Assembly: GCA_016839365.1 (NCBI GenBank) | Contig: JAEOUH010000029.1 | Span: 1 to 64,000 of the forward strand | From: Candidatus Hermodarchaeota archaeon | GTDB lineage: Archaea > Asgardarchaeota > Hermodarchaeia > Hermodarchaeales > Hermodarchaeaceae | Length of the DNA: 64,000 nucleotides | Reading direction: 5' to 3' | Part shown: one piece after another, positions 29,501 through 39,620 of the stretch | How positions within the stretch are numbered: the first letter of the stretch is position 1 | Layout of the letters: every line of letters begins with the position of its first letter | Made by a program: the position numbers and the translations under genes | Notes under the pieces: generated by a model | What the model was told of the DNA's origin: nothing | The model's input: the letters and a program-made list of their open reading frames with translations, nothing else | Database searches by the model: none

Positions 29501-29573
29501 TGACGTTTTCTGATTAAACACAAGGCTTTTACTCAACTATTGCTTTCGTGCGGATTAGTGGATGTGATTGAGT

Positions 29574-30890
29574 ATGGCACGTACACGCGTAATCATCATG
29601 GGCGCAGCAGGACGCGATTTCCATAACTTCAACGTCTATTTCCGAGACAATGAGGAATATGAGGTCGTCGCCTTTACTGCCACACAAATTCCTGGTATTG
29701 AAGAACGCATCTACCCATCAGTTCTGGCTGGGAAACTCTATCCGAAAGGCATCCCAATTTATTCAGAAGAGATACTCCCTGCCCTCGTCAAAGAGCATAA
29801 CATTGAACAAGTCATTTTTGCCTACAGCGATATTGCACACCTGGACGTGATGCATTTGGCATCCTGGGTGCATTCAATGGGCGCTGATTTTCGGTTGATG
29901 GGGCCAGCCACAACGATGCTGAAAAGCAAGAAACCAGTGGTAGCGATTTGTGCTGTCCGTACAGGGTCGGGAAAGAGCCAAACAAGCCGCCGCGTTGTGG
30001 AAATTCTCCGAAACAAAGGGTTGAAAGTGGTTGTGATTCGGCACCCGATGCCATATGGTGATTTAGCCAAACAAATCTGTCAACGCTTTGAGACAATTGC
30101 TGACCTCAAGAAGCACAAAACGACCATCGAGGAAATGGAAGAATATGAACCTCATATCGACCGAGGCGCGATTGTGTTTGCAGGTGTTGATTATGGGAAA
30201 ATCCTCGAAGAAGCCGAAAAAGAAGCCGATGTCATTGTGTTCGATGGTGGTAACAACGACTTCCCATTCTATCAGCCTGATATTCATATTGTGATTGCCG
30301 ATCCCCATCGCGCAGGTCATGAGGTAATGTATCATCCTGGTGAGACTAACCTGCGAATGGCAGATGTTGTCATTATCAACAAAATTGATACTGCTGAACC
30401 AGAGTGTATTGACCAGGTTCGGCGTACTATCCGGGTAGTGAATCCCCGCGCCATTATCATCGATGCCGCCTCACCCCTCTTTGTTGATGATCCTGATGCG
30501 ATTCGTGGAAAACGTGCCCTTGTAATCGAGGATGGTCCTACATTGACTCATGGTGAAATGGACATTGGTGCTGGATGGGTGGCTGCAGAAAAGTATGGTG
30601 CGGCGGAAATCATTGATCCACGACCGTATGCAGTGGGGTCGATAAAGGATACTTTTGAGAAGTTTAGCCATCTGAGTGAGATTCTTCCAGCCATGGGCTA
30701 TGGAGATGAGCAGGTTAGAGAACTTGAAGAAACTATCAATGCTATTGACGCAGAAGTAGTTGTTATAGGTACTCCTATCGATTTAGGTCGAGTTGTTAAA
30801 ATTAAGAAGCCGGCAGTACGCGTGAGGTATGAACTCCAAGAAATTGGCAAACCCACTCTTGAGGATGTCTTCAAAGGGTTTCCCAAATAA
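29574..30890 (+). CDS. arcE: Arginine synthetase ArcE-like protein (COG2403, often annotated as cyclic 2,3-diphosphoglycerate synthase/GTPase)
   Basis: GAAGRDFHNFN, AVRTGSGKS P-loop, RHPMPYG, DGGNND, EDGPTLTHG motifs. Confidence 0.75.
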   Translation: MARTRVIIMGAAGRDFHNFNVYFRDNEEYEVVAFTATQIPGIEERIYPSVLAGKLYPKGIPIYSEEILPALVKEHNIEQVIFAYSDIAHLDVMHLASWVHSMGADFRLMGPATTMLKSKKPVVAICAVRTGSGKSQTSRRVVEILRNKGLKVVVIRHPMPYGDLAKQICQRFETIADLKKHKTTIEEMEEYEPHIDRGAIVFAGVDYGKILEEAEKEADVIVFDGGNNDFPFYQPDIHIVIADPHRAGHEVMYHPGETNLRMADVVIINKIDTAEPECIDQVRRTIRVVNPRAIIIDAASPLFVDDPDAIRGKRALVIEDGPTLTHGEMDIGAGWVAAEKYGAAEIIDPRPYAVGSIKDTFEKFSHLSEILPAMGYGDEQVRELEETINAIDAEVVVIGTPIDLGRVVKIKKPAVRVRYELQEIGKPTLEDVFKGFPK

Positions 30891-30999
30891 CGCTAGCCCT
30901 TTGTGATCCGAAGCCCCTGGATCGTCAGCCGTGGGTTTTTGTTCTCGTTAATTCATTGGATTTTTTAGGAACGTGGCAATGTGAGCAAACAAAGGTGAG

Positions 31000-31560
31000 A
31001 TGATAATGAGTGAAAAATTAGCGTATGCCACTTTGGGAGGCGGTTGCTTCTGGTGCACAGAAGCCGTATTCCTTCGCCTGAAAGGTGTCAAAAAAGTTGA
31101 GTCCGGGTATTCGGGAGGGAGACCAGAAACCGCCACGTATGACCAGGTGAGTACAGGTCGGACGGGACATGTTGAGGTTATCCAAATTACATTCAACACA
31201 AATATGATAGAATTCCGAGATTTACTTGAAATCTTCTTTGCCACTCATGATCCAACAACGTTAAATCGACAAGGCAACGATGTGGGTACACAGTATCGCT
31301 CGGTGGTGTTTTATCATGATAAGCACCAGAAGAAGGTCGCCGAAGGCCTGATTCAAGAACTAGATAAATCAGGGAAATATTCCAAGCCGATTGTCACAGC
31401 CGTGGAGCCTTTTACGGCCTTCTATAAAGCTGAGGAGTATCATCAGAATTTCTTTGCTAAAAACCCCAACCAAGCATACGCCCGAGTAGTGATTCCACCG
31501 AAATTATCAAAACTAGAAAAAGGATTCACAGAGAAATTAAAGGAACTGAGTAAAGAGTAA
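31000..31560 (+). CDS. msrA: Peptide-methionine (S)-sulfoxide reductase
   Basis: GGGCFWC, HDPTTLNRQGND.GTQYRS, AEEYHQ motifs. Confidence 0.96.
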   Translation: MIMSEKLAYATLGGGCFWCTEAVFLRLKGVKKVESGYSGGRPETATYDQVSTGRTGHVEVIQITFNTNMIEFRDLLEIFFATHDPTTLNRQGNDVGTQYRSVVFYHDKHQKKVAEGLIQELDKSGKYSKPIVTAVEPFTAFYKAEEYHQNFFAKNPNQAYARVVIPPKLSKLEKGFTEKLKELSKE

Positions 31561-31590
31561 TAAAAGGGGTTAGTCCCCTAGGCTTGTTTT

Positions 31591-32424
31591 TTAGACAAGT
31601 TTAGGGACTAGCTTAGTGAAGGCTTGACTAATCAGTTGTTTGGGGCCTTCAATGTCTCCGACGATGTTTATTTGGTCAATATTGATTTCACCGAGTCCAC
31701 GGGCTTGGGCCTCTTGTAAGACCGACATCTCTGTTGGATCAAATCCCAAAAGATGCATGCCAACGGCTTCCACGGCGAAAGCGTCTTTGCCAACGATTAG
31801 CCGGTCGGGTGATACGGTGATGCGTTTTTTCTTCCAACCAAGAAAGACATGAGTGGCATCTAATACCGCTAGGTCAATGCCACCAGCGGTTTCATACATA
31901 TCGATGAGGGCAGTGGCTAATTTATCATGGAATCGGTGCTTTTTGGTGTCTAGGACTAGCCCTAATAGGTTCTTGATAACAAATCCCTGATTCATGAGGT
32001 CCTCAAGTCCGGCTTCTTCGTACCGACGCGGTACGTGTGTACTGATGAACGTCTTGGGGTCCAAGAGAGTCTTAGCAAAGGGGATCTGTTCGCCGGCTAT
32101 GTCGACCAATTGGGTGTATTCATCAGTTGATAGATTGAAGGGAGTGGCTCTGTTGTTATAGCAGTCGTTCCAGACCTCTAGGCGCTTTAGCCCTGAACCA
32201 GCTCCGCTATCGGATTCAACAATCAATATTTCTGAAGCTTGGTCAAATGCAGTGATGATGGCATTCAATGTTTTTATCGTGGAACAAATCCCTGTCTTAG
32301 GATTATAGATTCCCACTTTGACAACGACTTTTCGATTCGGAGCATTAAGCCCATTCAGCCCTCCAATAGTTTCGATGGCTTGGGGGAAAGAATCAGTGTT
32401 TACAATGGCTACAGTTGGCTTCAC
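31591..32424 (-). CDS. DUF362 domain protein
   Basis: VVVK, IVESD, IKNLLG, LAVLDA, G.D..AVE motifs. Confidence 0.75.
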   Translation of the reverse strand: MKPTVAIVNTDSFPQAIETIGGLNGLNAPNRKVVVKVGIYNPKTGICSTIKTLNAIITAFDQASEILIVESDSGAGSGLKRLEVWNDCYNNRATPFNLSTDEYTQLVDIAGEQIPFAKTLLDPKTFISTHVPRRYEEAGLEDLMNQGFVIKNLLGLVLDTKKHRFHDKLATALIDMYETAGGIDLAVLDATHVFLGWKKKRITVSPDRLIVGKDAFAVEAVGMHLLGFDPTEMSVLQEAQARGLGEINIDQINIVGDIEGPKQLISQAFTKLVPKLV

Positions 32425-32443
32425 GGCAAGCAGCTCGTTTAGT

Positions 32444-33385
32444 TTAAGCGGCTAATGGTTTTTTGAGTATTACTTCGAACATTTCTAGTTCAGGTCGCAT
32501 TTTTGCGAAGTTCGCGGCAAGGGGGGCATTAGTTCTGAAATAGAAGTTCGTTCTTAATGGTGTATCACTCCAACCAGCTACTTCGACCTCTTTTGCGAGC
32601 TCATAGACCAATCGTTCCCATACGTGCTGATATCCAGCTCGGATTGCTGTGAACCGCATCAATACCCGTGGTTCGTCTCCGAAGAGGAACCGCTGATCTG
32701 GCTCGATTTTGATTGGTGCACTGGCAGCTATGACTTTATCCTTATCGAAGAGGAGAACCGCGTGGCCATCTTTCATCACTCGACCTTTGAAGTAGGTCTC
32801 TCGAGCTTCTTCGTTGGCAAACTCTTGAGCGAGCCTGGGATCAGCCTGTGAAATCTCATATAGGTATTTCAGATCCTTCATTGTTGCAACACGGCTCGTA
32901 AAAGCCATAAGCTTGTCAGACAACTTCCATTTACTGATTTCCTTAAAATTCAAATCAAGGACATACCGATAGATTCTTTCAAGCTCAACAAAGCCCTTCT
33001 CTTCCCAAAATGCTATCTGCTTGTCAGCTATCTTGGCGGTGTAAACAACAGTTGTTGCGATTTCCTCTGTCCCTTCTTGTTTCTTCAAGTAGGTAAACAT
33101 TTCATTGAAGAGCTTTTTTTGAACTTCAATCGGAGCCCCTGGCATTGCCCATGGGTACCCGATATACACTCGTCCTCGTTCCGAACTAGAATTTCGAGAG
33201 GTGATATAGGCTAAAGGTTCACCGGATTCAGTCAACGCATACATGGTCATTTTTGAATCACGAGTCAAATTACGAACACGAATTTCTTCAGCCCGTACAG
33301 GAAGCCCTGATGCCTCAGAATAGATTTTGGCTTGGATTTCTTCGAGCCCTTGGTCGGGCTCCCAATGGCGATATACAACTTTCAA
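32444..33385 (-). CDS. Hypothetical tandem GNAT-like protein
   Basis: IGYPW, FWEEKGF, RVAT..D pattern of GNAT folds. Confidence 0.6.
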   Translation of the reverse strand: MKVVYRHWEPDQGLEEIQAKIYSEASGLPVRAEEIRVRNLTRDSKMTMYALTESGEPLAYITSRNSSSERGRVYIGYPWAMPGAPIEVQKKLFNEMFTYLKKQEGTEEIATTVVYTAKIADKQIAFWEEKGFVELERIYRYVLDLNFKEISKWKLSDKLMAFTSRVATMKDLKYLYEISQADPRLAQEFANEEARETYFKGRVMKDGHAVLLFDKDKVIAASAPIKIEPDQRFLFGDEPRVLMRFTAIRAGYQHVWERLVYELAKEVEVAGWSDTPLRTNFYFRTNAPLAANFAKMRPELEMFEVILKKPLAA

Positions 33386-33497
33386 AATAAATCAACTTCC
33401 GCAAAAGCGGGTCTATTATTCTCGTTTACTGAGAATAATAGGACATTTAGTAATATAAATCTCTTGTGATATAAGACTAGTTAGACATGTTGAGCAC

Positions 33498-35369
33498 CTA
33501 TATGCGTTCCAGTGGAGTAATTCCAAGCAGCTCGAGGGCGTTGGAAAGGACTTGACGACTGAGGTCAACGAGAAGGAGACGAGCATTCTTGAGCCCAGGA
33601 GTTTTGGCTTTGAGAACCGGGCAGTGATTGTAGAACGCGTTGAAGGCAACGGAAAGGGCGTAGGTGTACTCGGCGAGATGAAAGAGTTCGATGCGAGTTC
33701 CCCAGACTTCGCGGTGGATTCCCTCTACGACTTCAAGGATGAGGGCTGGAAAACGACCAAGGAGCTTGATGAGTTCGGTTTCAAACGGGCTGGATAAGCT
33801 GCTGAGGCGCGCTGTTTTCGGAGCCGCCTCCTTTTGGAGGATGGAGCTAGCCCTGGCATGAGTATACATCAAGTAGGGAGCCGCGTTGCCATCGAAGTTG
33901 AGCATATCTTCCCATTTGAATACGATTTGTTTTTCGACTGCAACTTTGAGGAGGGCGTATCTGATTGCAGCTGATCCAACGGCTTCAGCGACTTGGCGGA
34001 GGAAGCGGGCATCTGCCTCAGGGTTACGCTTCTTCACTTCTTTTCGTGCACGACGTGTGGATTCTCGAAGGATATCGTCGGTGCTTTGACCTATCCATGT
34101 GCCTTTTCTTCCAGAGATTCGAGCATCTGGGAGTGTTACAAACTCGTAGGCAAGATGATAGTAGTTGGCTGATGCCTTGATATAGCCGAGAGTTTCCAAG
34201 GTGAGGTAGACTGTGCGTTGCTCTTGGCTTTGAGGCATGCCGATGACATTATAGATCACATCGGCGGGACGGTAGTGACCCTCTTCTCCCTGTTGTTTAG
34301 TGGTCCAAATCTCGTTTTCACGGGCTTTGGGGCTCTTGAATGGTTGGTATTTGAAGGGATCTGGAATGACTCCAAATTTCCAAAAATGGAACACTATGTC
34401 TTTTCCAGTATAAGTGGCGACTCCATCAGAGCGGACCAACACTTTTTCGGTATCCTTCAATTGCTTGAACTCTTCATAGGCACCAAGGTCCACGATTACA
34501 CAACCCGCTTTTTCACCCCCTGTGGGTCGGGATGCCGTGGGCGCTTCCATGATTTTCTTCAGACCCTTAGCGAATAAGCCAGAATGCGCAATATCGCTTT
34601 CCCACACTAATAGATCATGATGAACGTTAAGCCGATCATGGGTTTTATGATGAGCTCGTAGCACCCGTTCCGACATTTTTCGGGCTTCCGAGGCCATTTC
34701 ATTGTACCCTTCTTCCATGAGCTTCAAGTATTGGCGAACCTGTGCTTCGTCGTATTTGTCTTGGGCATCCACATAGAGGCGGCCAATCACTTGGTCATAT
34801 TTCCCTTTGTACTCTGACGCATCTAGGTGTTTTAGCGCCCAATACGCAACAGCGATTTGGAGTCCGAGGTCATTGATGTAATCCATTCGAGTGACATCAT
34901 ACCCGACGGCTTGCATAAGTCGGGCAACTGTGTCACCAAGGACGGCGTTTCGGGCATGGCCGATATGCAAGGGGTTGTTTGGATTCACCGCAGGATATTC
35001 CACAACGACATGCTTTCCTGCAAACCTCTTTGTTTTGCCATATAAGGGTCCGTCGGCTTGGATCGCTTCGACGACCAATCGGCGATAGGGAATGATGTTG
35101 ATGTAGAAATTCACATATGGTCCGTGAGCAACGACCTGCTCAATGAGTGGAAACTGGATGGGATCGAAGAACGCTAGTTCCTTAGCGATTTCTGCTGGGC
35201 TCTTCTTAAGCTGCTGAGCCAAGTGGAAGGCTGCGGTGCAAGCTAAATCCCCATGTTGTGGGTCTCCGGGTATTTCGAGGTATCTACTAAGGTCTTGTCC
35301 ACTGGCTAGATGTAGCGCTTTAATGACCTGTTTCTTGAATTTTGCCCAAGGATTTTCGACGTTCACCAT
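33498..35369 (-). CDS. argS: Arginine--tRNA ligase
   Basis: NPNNPLHIGHARN (HIGH), RISGRKG, YLMYTHARASSIL, FYNHCPVL motifs. Confidence 0.96.
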   Translation of the reverse strand: MVNVENPWAKFKKQVIKALHLASGQDLSRYLEIPGDPQHGDLACTAAFHLAQQLKKSPAEIAKELAFFDPIQFPLIEQVVAHGPYVNFYINIIPYRRLVVEAIQADGPLYGKTKRFAGKHVVVEYPAVNPNNPLHIGHARNAVLGDTVARLMQAVGYDVTRMDYINDLGLQIAVAYWALKHLDASEYKGKYDQVIGRLYVDAQDKYDEAQVRQYLKLMEEGYNEMASEARKMSERVLRAHHKTHDRLNVHHDLLVWESDIAHSGLFAKGLKKIMEAPTASRPTGGEKAGCVIVDLGAYEEFKQLKDTEKVLVRSDGVATYTGKDIVFHFWKFGVIPDPFKYQPFKSPKARENEIWTTKQQGEEGHYRPADVIYNVIGMPQSQEQRTVYLTLETLGYIKASANYYHLAYEFVTLPDARISGRKGTWIGQSTDDILRESTRRARKEVKKRNPEADARFLRQVAEAVGSAAIRYALLKVAVEKQIVFKWEDMLNFDGNAAPYLMYTHARASSILQKEAAPKTARLSSLSSPFETELIKLLGRFPALILEVVEGIHREVWGTRIELFHLAEYTYALSVAFNAFYNHCPVLKAKTPGLKNARLLLVDLSRQVLSNALELLGITPLERI

Positions 35370-35503
35370 TATCTGAATCCTACTGAGAGTACGCGAAGTC
35401 AGCCTTTTTTCTCTTTCGTCAAACACTGATGGAAGTTACCTTCTCAAGATTAAGAACGAAATCATTAAAATAGGGTGTATCGTAACTCGCCTGAATCAAT
35501 TGT

Positions 35504-35579
35504 GGGCCCGTGGCCAAGTGGATACGGCGACAGGCTTCGGACCTGTAGATCCGGGGTTCAAATCCCTGCGGGCCCGCCA
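35504..35579 (+). tRNA. tRNA-Arg(TCG), intronless, CCA encoded
   Basis: GGGCCCG/CGGGCCC acceptor stem, anticodon arm ACAGG-CTTCGGA-CCTGT, GGTTCAAATCC T-arm, terminal GCCA. Confidence 0.97.
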
Positions 35580-35750
35580 GTCCCTTTTGCCTCATAACTT
35601 AATGATTATTGAATATGGTCCCTATTATTGCCGGATTTCTTTCAAGTCTTAGTTTACCCGCTCCTAAGTATAGGGAGGAGTGTACTTCTGGCGATTTTCG
35701 ATTCGTTTTGGTAGTGATGTTAGTAGTAAACCAATTAGAAACGTGCGTGC

Positions 35751-36851
35751 CTATTTGATAGACTTGAACCGACCTTTGAGTTTATTTAACACATCGGGAA
35801 GTGTGGTGTATTCCATAGCTGTTGGAGGTAGACGATGAGGTTCAAAGGGTCCGTGACGGCGTAGATAATCTGCGACGTACATGCACTGGTCACGTGTTAA
35901 ATCCCAAGCAGGGTCATCGAAGACATCTAAAGGCTCAGTTAGCCTCCCATCTTTCATGCTAAAGGCTAATCCGATGACACGTGGAGGACCGTCAAAACGT
36001 GTGCATTGTGAGTAATGAAGAGGAACAGGCATTAGGGGGCCGTTGTGGCTTCCGCGCATCCATCCGGTTACAAGATGACCGAGTGCGAAGCCTTCGAGAA
36101 CTTCCCCCGTTGCAGGAAATCCACTTTGTGCCCGTACGATGGCAGCAGGATCATCTTTTCCAATGTACTTTCCCGCAACTGCGTATAGTTTCTCGGTGGA
36201 GATGACTGCACCGATACCCCGTTTTTCGTCCTTTGAATAGACGTGTTTGATGACATAGTCTTCTGTTGACCCAATTAAGGCTAAGAGATCGTAGGTTTCA
36301 GCGGGGGTTTCGAGTTTTACCATTTTGTCGTTTTTGATGTCGAAGACTTCGAAGATGAAACCATCGTGCATCTTTGGGTCGATGATGAGACCAGATGTAT
36401 TGAAAGGATCGGCGAACACCCGGTAGATTGGGTAGTTGAAAGCGCCCGGGGCAGTTTTATCCGCCGTAAAAACTACAAAGGGTTCAGCCGGACGTTCTTC
36501 AAATTCCATTTCTGCAACGCCAGGTCCCATTCCGCGGACATTGCCACTGAAGGCTTCCTTCAAGATGTCCTGTCCGGCTCCGTAGAGTCCACGTTCCTTC
36601 GCATTTTGTGCGCCTTTCATAAGGGCATCGAAAGCGGTTTTGTGGATTTCTTCGTCATCAACTCCACGAGTGTGGGTCATCATGATCTCGCTATCATCAC
36701 CCGCATTCCAGATTTTGTAGTCAATGATGAGTCCGGATTGGTGGGCGTCTTCGATAGCTTGACAGATGACATCAGTTGTCACATCACAGGTCCGGATGTG
36801 ACCACCAATACTACCAATATCGGCTTTGATTAGTGTGATAGTGATTTTCAC
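35751..36851 (-). CDS. fbp: Bifunctional fructose-1,6-bisphosphate aldolase/phosphatase (class V)
   Basis: IKADIGS..GH, LYGAGQD, GKDDP, GWMRGSH.GP, RFDGPP, MEYTT motifs. Confidence 0.96.
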   Translation of the reverse strand: MKITITLIKADIGSIGGHIRTCDVTTDVICQAIEDAHQSGLIIDYKIWNAGDDSEIMMTHTRGVDDEEIHKTAFDALMKGAQNAKERGLYGAGQDILKEAFSGNVRGMGPGVAEMEFEERPAEPFVVFTADKTAPGAFNYPIYRVFADPFNTSGLIIDPKMHDGFIFEVFDIKNDKMVKLETPAETYDLLALIGSTEDYVIKHVYSKDEKRGIGAVISTEKLYAVAGKYIGKDDPAAIVRAQSGFPATGEVLEGFALGHLVTGWMRGSHNGPLMPVPLHYSQCTRFDGPPRVIGLAFSMKDGRLTEPLDVFDDPAWDLTRDQCMYVADYLRRHGPFEPHRLPPTAMEYTTLPDVLNKLKGRFKSIK

Positions 36852-36996
36852 AGGTACCACCTGTGTTATACTCCTTTTTTTCACGTGTTGGGTGCAACAC
36901 GCTGAAGGCAGACTATCTTACCATTATTAAATAATTTGGTTCTTTTGCACAAATTTCTTATTTTCATCCCTCTGTCTGGAGAACCCGATTTAGGTG

Positions 36997-37518
36997 TTAG
37001 AGTTTGTTTAACTCTTTGAGGTATCGGCGGCCAAGCTCGACATAGATTTGCCAATTTGTTGCAAGTTCTGTACGATCGTTAGGAGTTAGAGACCGGACAA
37101 CTTTGCCTGGAATGCCAAATACCACACTTTCAGGTGGAATCTGCTTCCCAGGCGTGATCACGCTCCCCGCCCCAATGATTGTGTGATGTCCGACATGTGC
37201 ACCATTTAAAATCACAGCACCTATCCCGACTAGGACGTTATCATCAATGGTACATCCATGGGCAACGGTGTTGTGCCCAAGGATTACGCAGTTCCCAATT
37301 TTGGTGGGGAATCGAACATCAGCGTGAACGGTGCAGTTGTCTTGGATACTAGAATCAGTTCCTATTGTAATGGTGTTGTAATCAGCACGAATTACTGCGT
37401 GCTCCCACACGTTACTTCGAGCTCCAATAGTAGCCGCCCCAATGACTGTTGCACGTGGGGAAATGTATACATCTGCTGCAATTGTCGGTTTCTTATCTTG
37501 GTAGGGGATGATTGGCAT
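36997..37518 (-). CDS. Gamma-class carbonic anhydrase family (hexapeptide repeat)
   Basis: RAD, IQDN..VH, GH...HGC motifs. Confidence 0.92.
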   Translation of the reverse strand: MPIIPYQDKKPTIAADVYISPRATVIGAATIGARSNVWEHAVIRADYNTITIGTDSSIQDNCTVHADVRFPTKIGNCVILGHNTVAHGCTIDDNVLVGIGAVILNGAHVGHHTIIGAGSVITPGKQIPPESVVFGIPGKVVRSLTPNDRTELATNWQIYVELGRRYLKELNKL

Positions 37519-37573
37519 ACATTCTCATCTCCAGTTTTTCTGTCGGTAGATATCTTTATGCCATAACTGTTAC

Positions 37574-38362
37574 TCATTCACCGCCTCCCAAAGCTAGAAT
37601 TGCTGCACCCAAGGCTCCGGTGTATTGGGGTTCCCTTGGTACCCAGAGTTCTGTTTGGATTGCCTGGGCCAGATAATACAGAAAACCAGGATTTAACGCA
37701 ACTCCGCCAGTCACAGAGACAGGTGATTTGACTCCGACTCGTTGAGAGAGAGTGGCGATTTTTGACGCCATTGCTTTATGAACACCCGCAGCAATATCTG
37801 AAGGACTTTCTCCAGTTCCGATACGCCCAATTACTTCGCTTTCAGCAAAGACAGTGCATGTACTGCTGATTGTCGAAGGGCGCTTGGCTTTCAAAGAGAG
37901 AGACCCTAATTCGTTGATTGAAACCTCAAGGACCCGTGCCATTACTTCTAAGAATCGTCCAGTCCCTGCACTACATTTGTCGTTAAGTTCGAAGTCAAGG
38001 GGACGACCATCGGTGCCGATACGTATTACTTTGGAATCTTGTCCACCGATATCGATGAGGGTACGAATTTCAGGATTGAGGTGGTGGACCCCGACGCTGT
38101 GACAGGTGATTTCGGTGACGGATTTTATGGCATTGAGGGCTTGACGGCGACCGTATCCTGTACTAATGACAGGAACGACCGTGAGGTCTTGCTGAGAGCT
38201 TTTTCTCAACTCGTCTAGGCATTTTTGTACAGATTTCTGGGCTGAGGCACCTGTGGCGAGTAGATATTGGGTAACAACGTTACGCTTGGCATCGAGTAAT
38301 ACAGCTTTCGTGGTAGTGGAACCTACATCTATGCCTATGCTCAAAGTTGATTTGGTAGCCAC
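37574..38362 (-). CDS. ATP-dependent activator of 2-hydroxyacyl-CoA dehydratase/class I benzoyl-CoA reductase (HgdC-type)
   Basis: GIDVGSTTTK, TGYGR, DIGGQD, NDKCSAGTGRF, STCTVFAESE motifs. Confidence 0.93.
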   Translation of the reverse strand: MATKSTLSIGIDVGSTTTKAVLLDAKRNVVTQYLLATGASAQKSVQKCLDELRKSSQQDLTVVPVISTGYGRRQALNAIKSVTEITCHSVGVHHLNPEIRTLIDIGGQDSKVIRIGTDGRPLDFELNDKCSAGTGRFLEVMARVLEVSINELGSLSLKAKRPSTISSTCTVFAESEVIGRIGTGESPSDIAAGVHKAMASKIATLSQRVGVKSPVSVTGGVALNPGFLYYLAQAIQTELWVPREPQYTGALGAAILALGGGE

Positions 38363-38374
38363 GGTTATCGGCTC

Positions 38375-39601
38375 TTATACAATCATTTCGAGGAGGGCTT
38401 CGACTCGAGTCTCTACTTGTGCTTCATTGTATTGTTGGCTGTCGACCATATCGCCTTCGATGATGACACCAGGAACCCCGGTTCGACGGGTGATTTCTTC
38501 TTTGGTTACCATTTGTCCTAAGGAATACCGCTTACAAGAGCGGACAGAGAACAATACAAACCCTTCTAGATCATAATCTTTGATGAGTGAACACATTTTG
38601 TCGATTTTGGCTGTGAGTCCCTTGTTGAGGTAGACGTTTGAATAGACTTTCGCAATGCTTTCCAGAATTTCTCCTCGCGGGATATTCGCTGACCAAGCAT
38701 GAGTGTACGAATCCGCTGGGAAAGACACACCTTTCTTAGCCAAGGTATTAAAGAAGTTGTAGATGGTGAACCATGGTGGAATATTATCCCAGAGCAATCG
38801 GACTTTCTCATCGACGATGGCGCCTACATTATTTTTCACTCGATCTTGAACCTCTGCCAGAAAAGCCTGATAGAAGCTAATCGCCTGTTGTGTTCCACGT
38901 AAAGCAACAATGGGAGCCATGGATAGGAACCGGTCTGCGCAGTTAAGGGGCGTGGGTTTGTGGCGACACGCCTCTAATGCACGAGTCCAGAGAGATACTG
39001 CTTCGTTGGACAGTTCAGCGACTTGAATGAGTTTCTCTTCATCGTAATCTTGGTTGAATGTCTGACTCAGGAACTCTATTAGGCCCTCGAGTTTGGATTT
39101 CACATAGGAAAGGTGATGGGATGGTTGATCTCCTTCTAAGGGCGGCATATCGACGAGATAGACGGGTGCTCCAGTCATTTCAGAGACAGCTTCATACCAG
39201 GAAAGAACGGTGCCACAGATATTATTGCAGGCCAGGAGGGCTTGGGGTGTGGGAAGGCCAGTAAGGGGGCTTTGTTGAGGATTCTTAACAGAGCCAATAC
39301 TACTCCGAGCATAGGAACACAGCTCCTGAGAGAACCCCAATTCTTCAGCAAAGCCACAGAGTAATGGGCCGCATTTTTCTGAACCAACAATAGCTCCATA
39401 CTGCTCGGGGTACGCGGCTGTTACATCGAATGCCACGGGAATCTCAACGGGAAAGCCTGATGTCACCCATGCCAAACGTCCCTGCTGTGAAGCCTGTTTC
39501 GTACTTAAAATGTGAAGCGTCATGGTGTCGCGCAGAAGCTTGCTGGTGTTCAGTTTCCGGTAAGCTTTTTCTTTGGGAGTGGTGGTTGCGTCTGGAGCCA
39601 T
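38375..39601 (-). CDS. 2-hydroxyacyl-CoA dehydratase/BCR subunit (HgdA/HadB-like)
   Basis: YPE, ELCSYAR, NNIC, RSCK.YS.GQ, EGDMVD, TRVEA motifs. Confidence 0.88.
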   Translation of the reverse strand: MAPDATTTPKEKAYRKLNTSKLLRDTMTLHILSTKQASQQGRLAWVTSGFPVEIPVAFDVTAAYPEQYGAIVGSEKCGPLLCGFAEELGFSQELCSYARSSIGSVKNPQQSPLTGLPTPQALLACNNICGTVLSWYEAVSEMTGAPVYLVDMPPLEGDQPSHHLSYVKSKLEGLIEFLSQTFNQDYDEEKLIQVAELSNEAVSLWTRALEACRHKPTPLNCADRFLSMAPIVALRGTQQAISFYQAFLAEVQDRVKNNVGAIVDEKVRLLWDNIPPWFTIYNFFNTLAKKGVSFPADSYTHAWSANIPRGEILESIAKVYSNVYLNKGLTAKIDKMCSLIKDYDLEGFVLFSVRSCKRYSLGQMVTKEEITRRTGVPGVIIEGDMVDSQQYNEAQVETRVEALLEMIV

Positions 39602-39620
39602 TATCTTTCACCTTTTAGTA

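Noticed and set aside
35504-35750. tRNA-Arg as an integration site
   Set aside because: No integrase and no duplicated tRNA 3' end seen; the flanks are core genes argS and fbp
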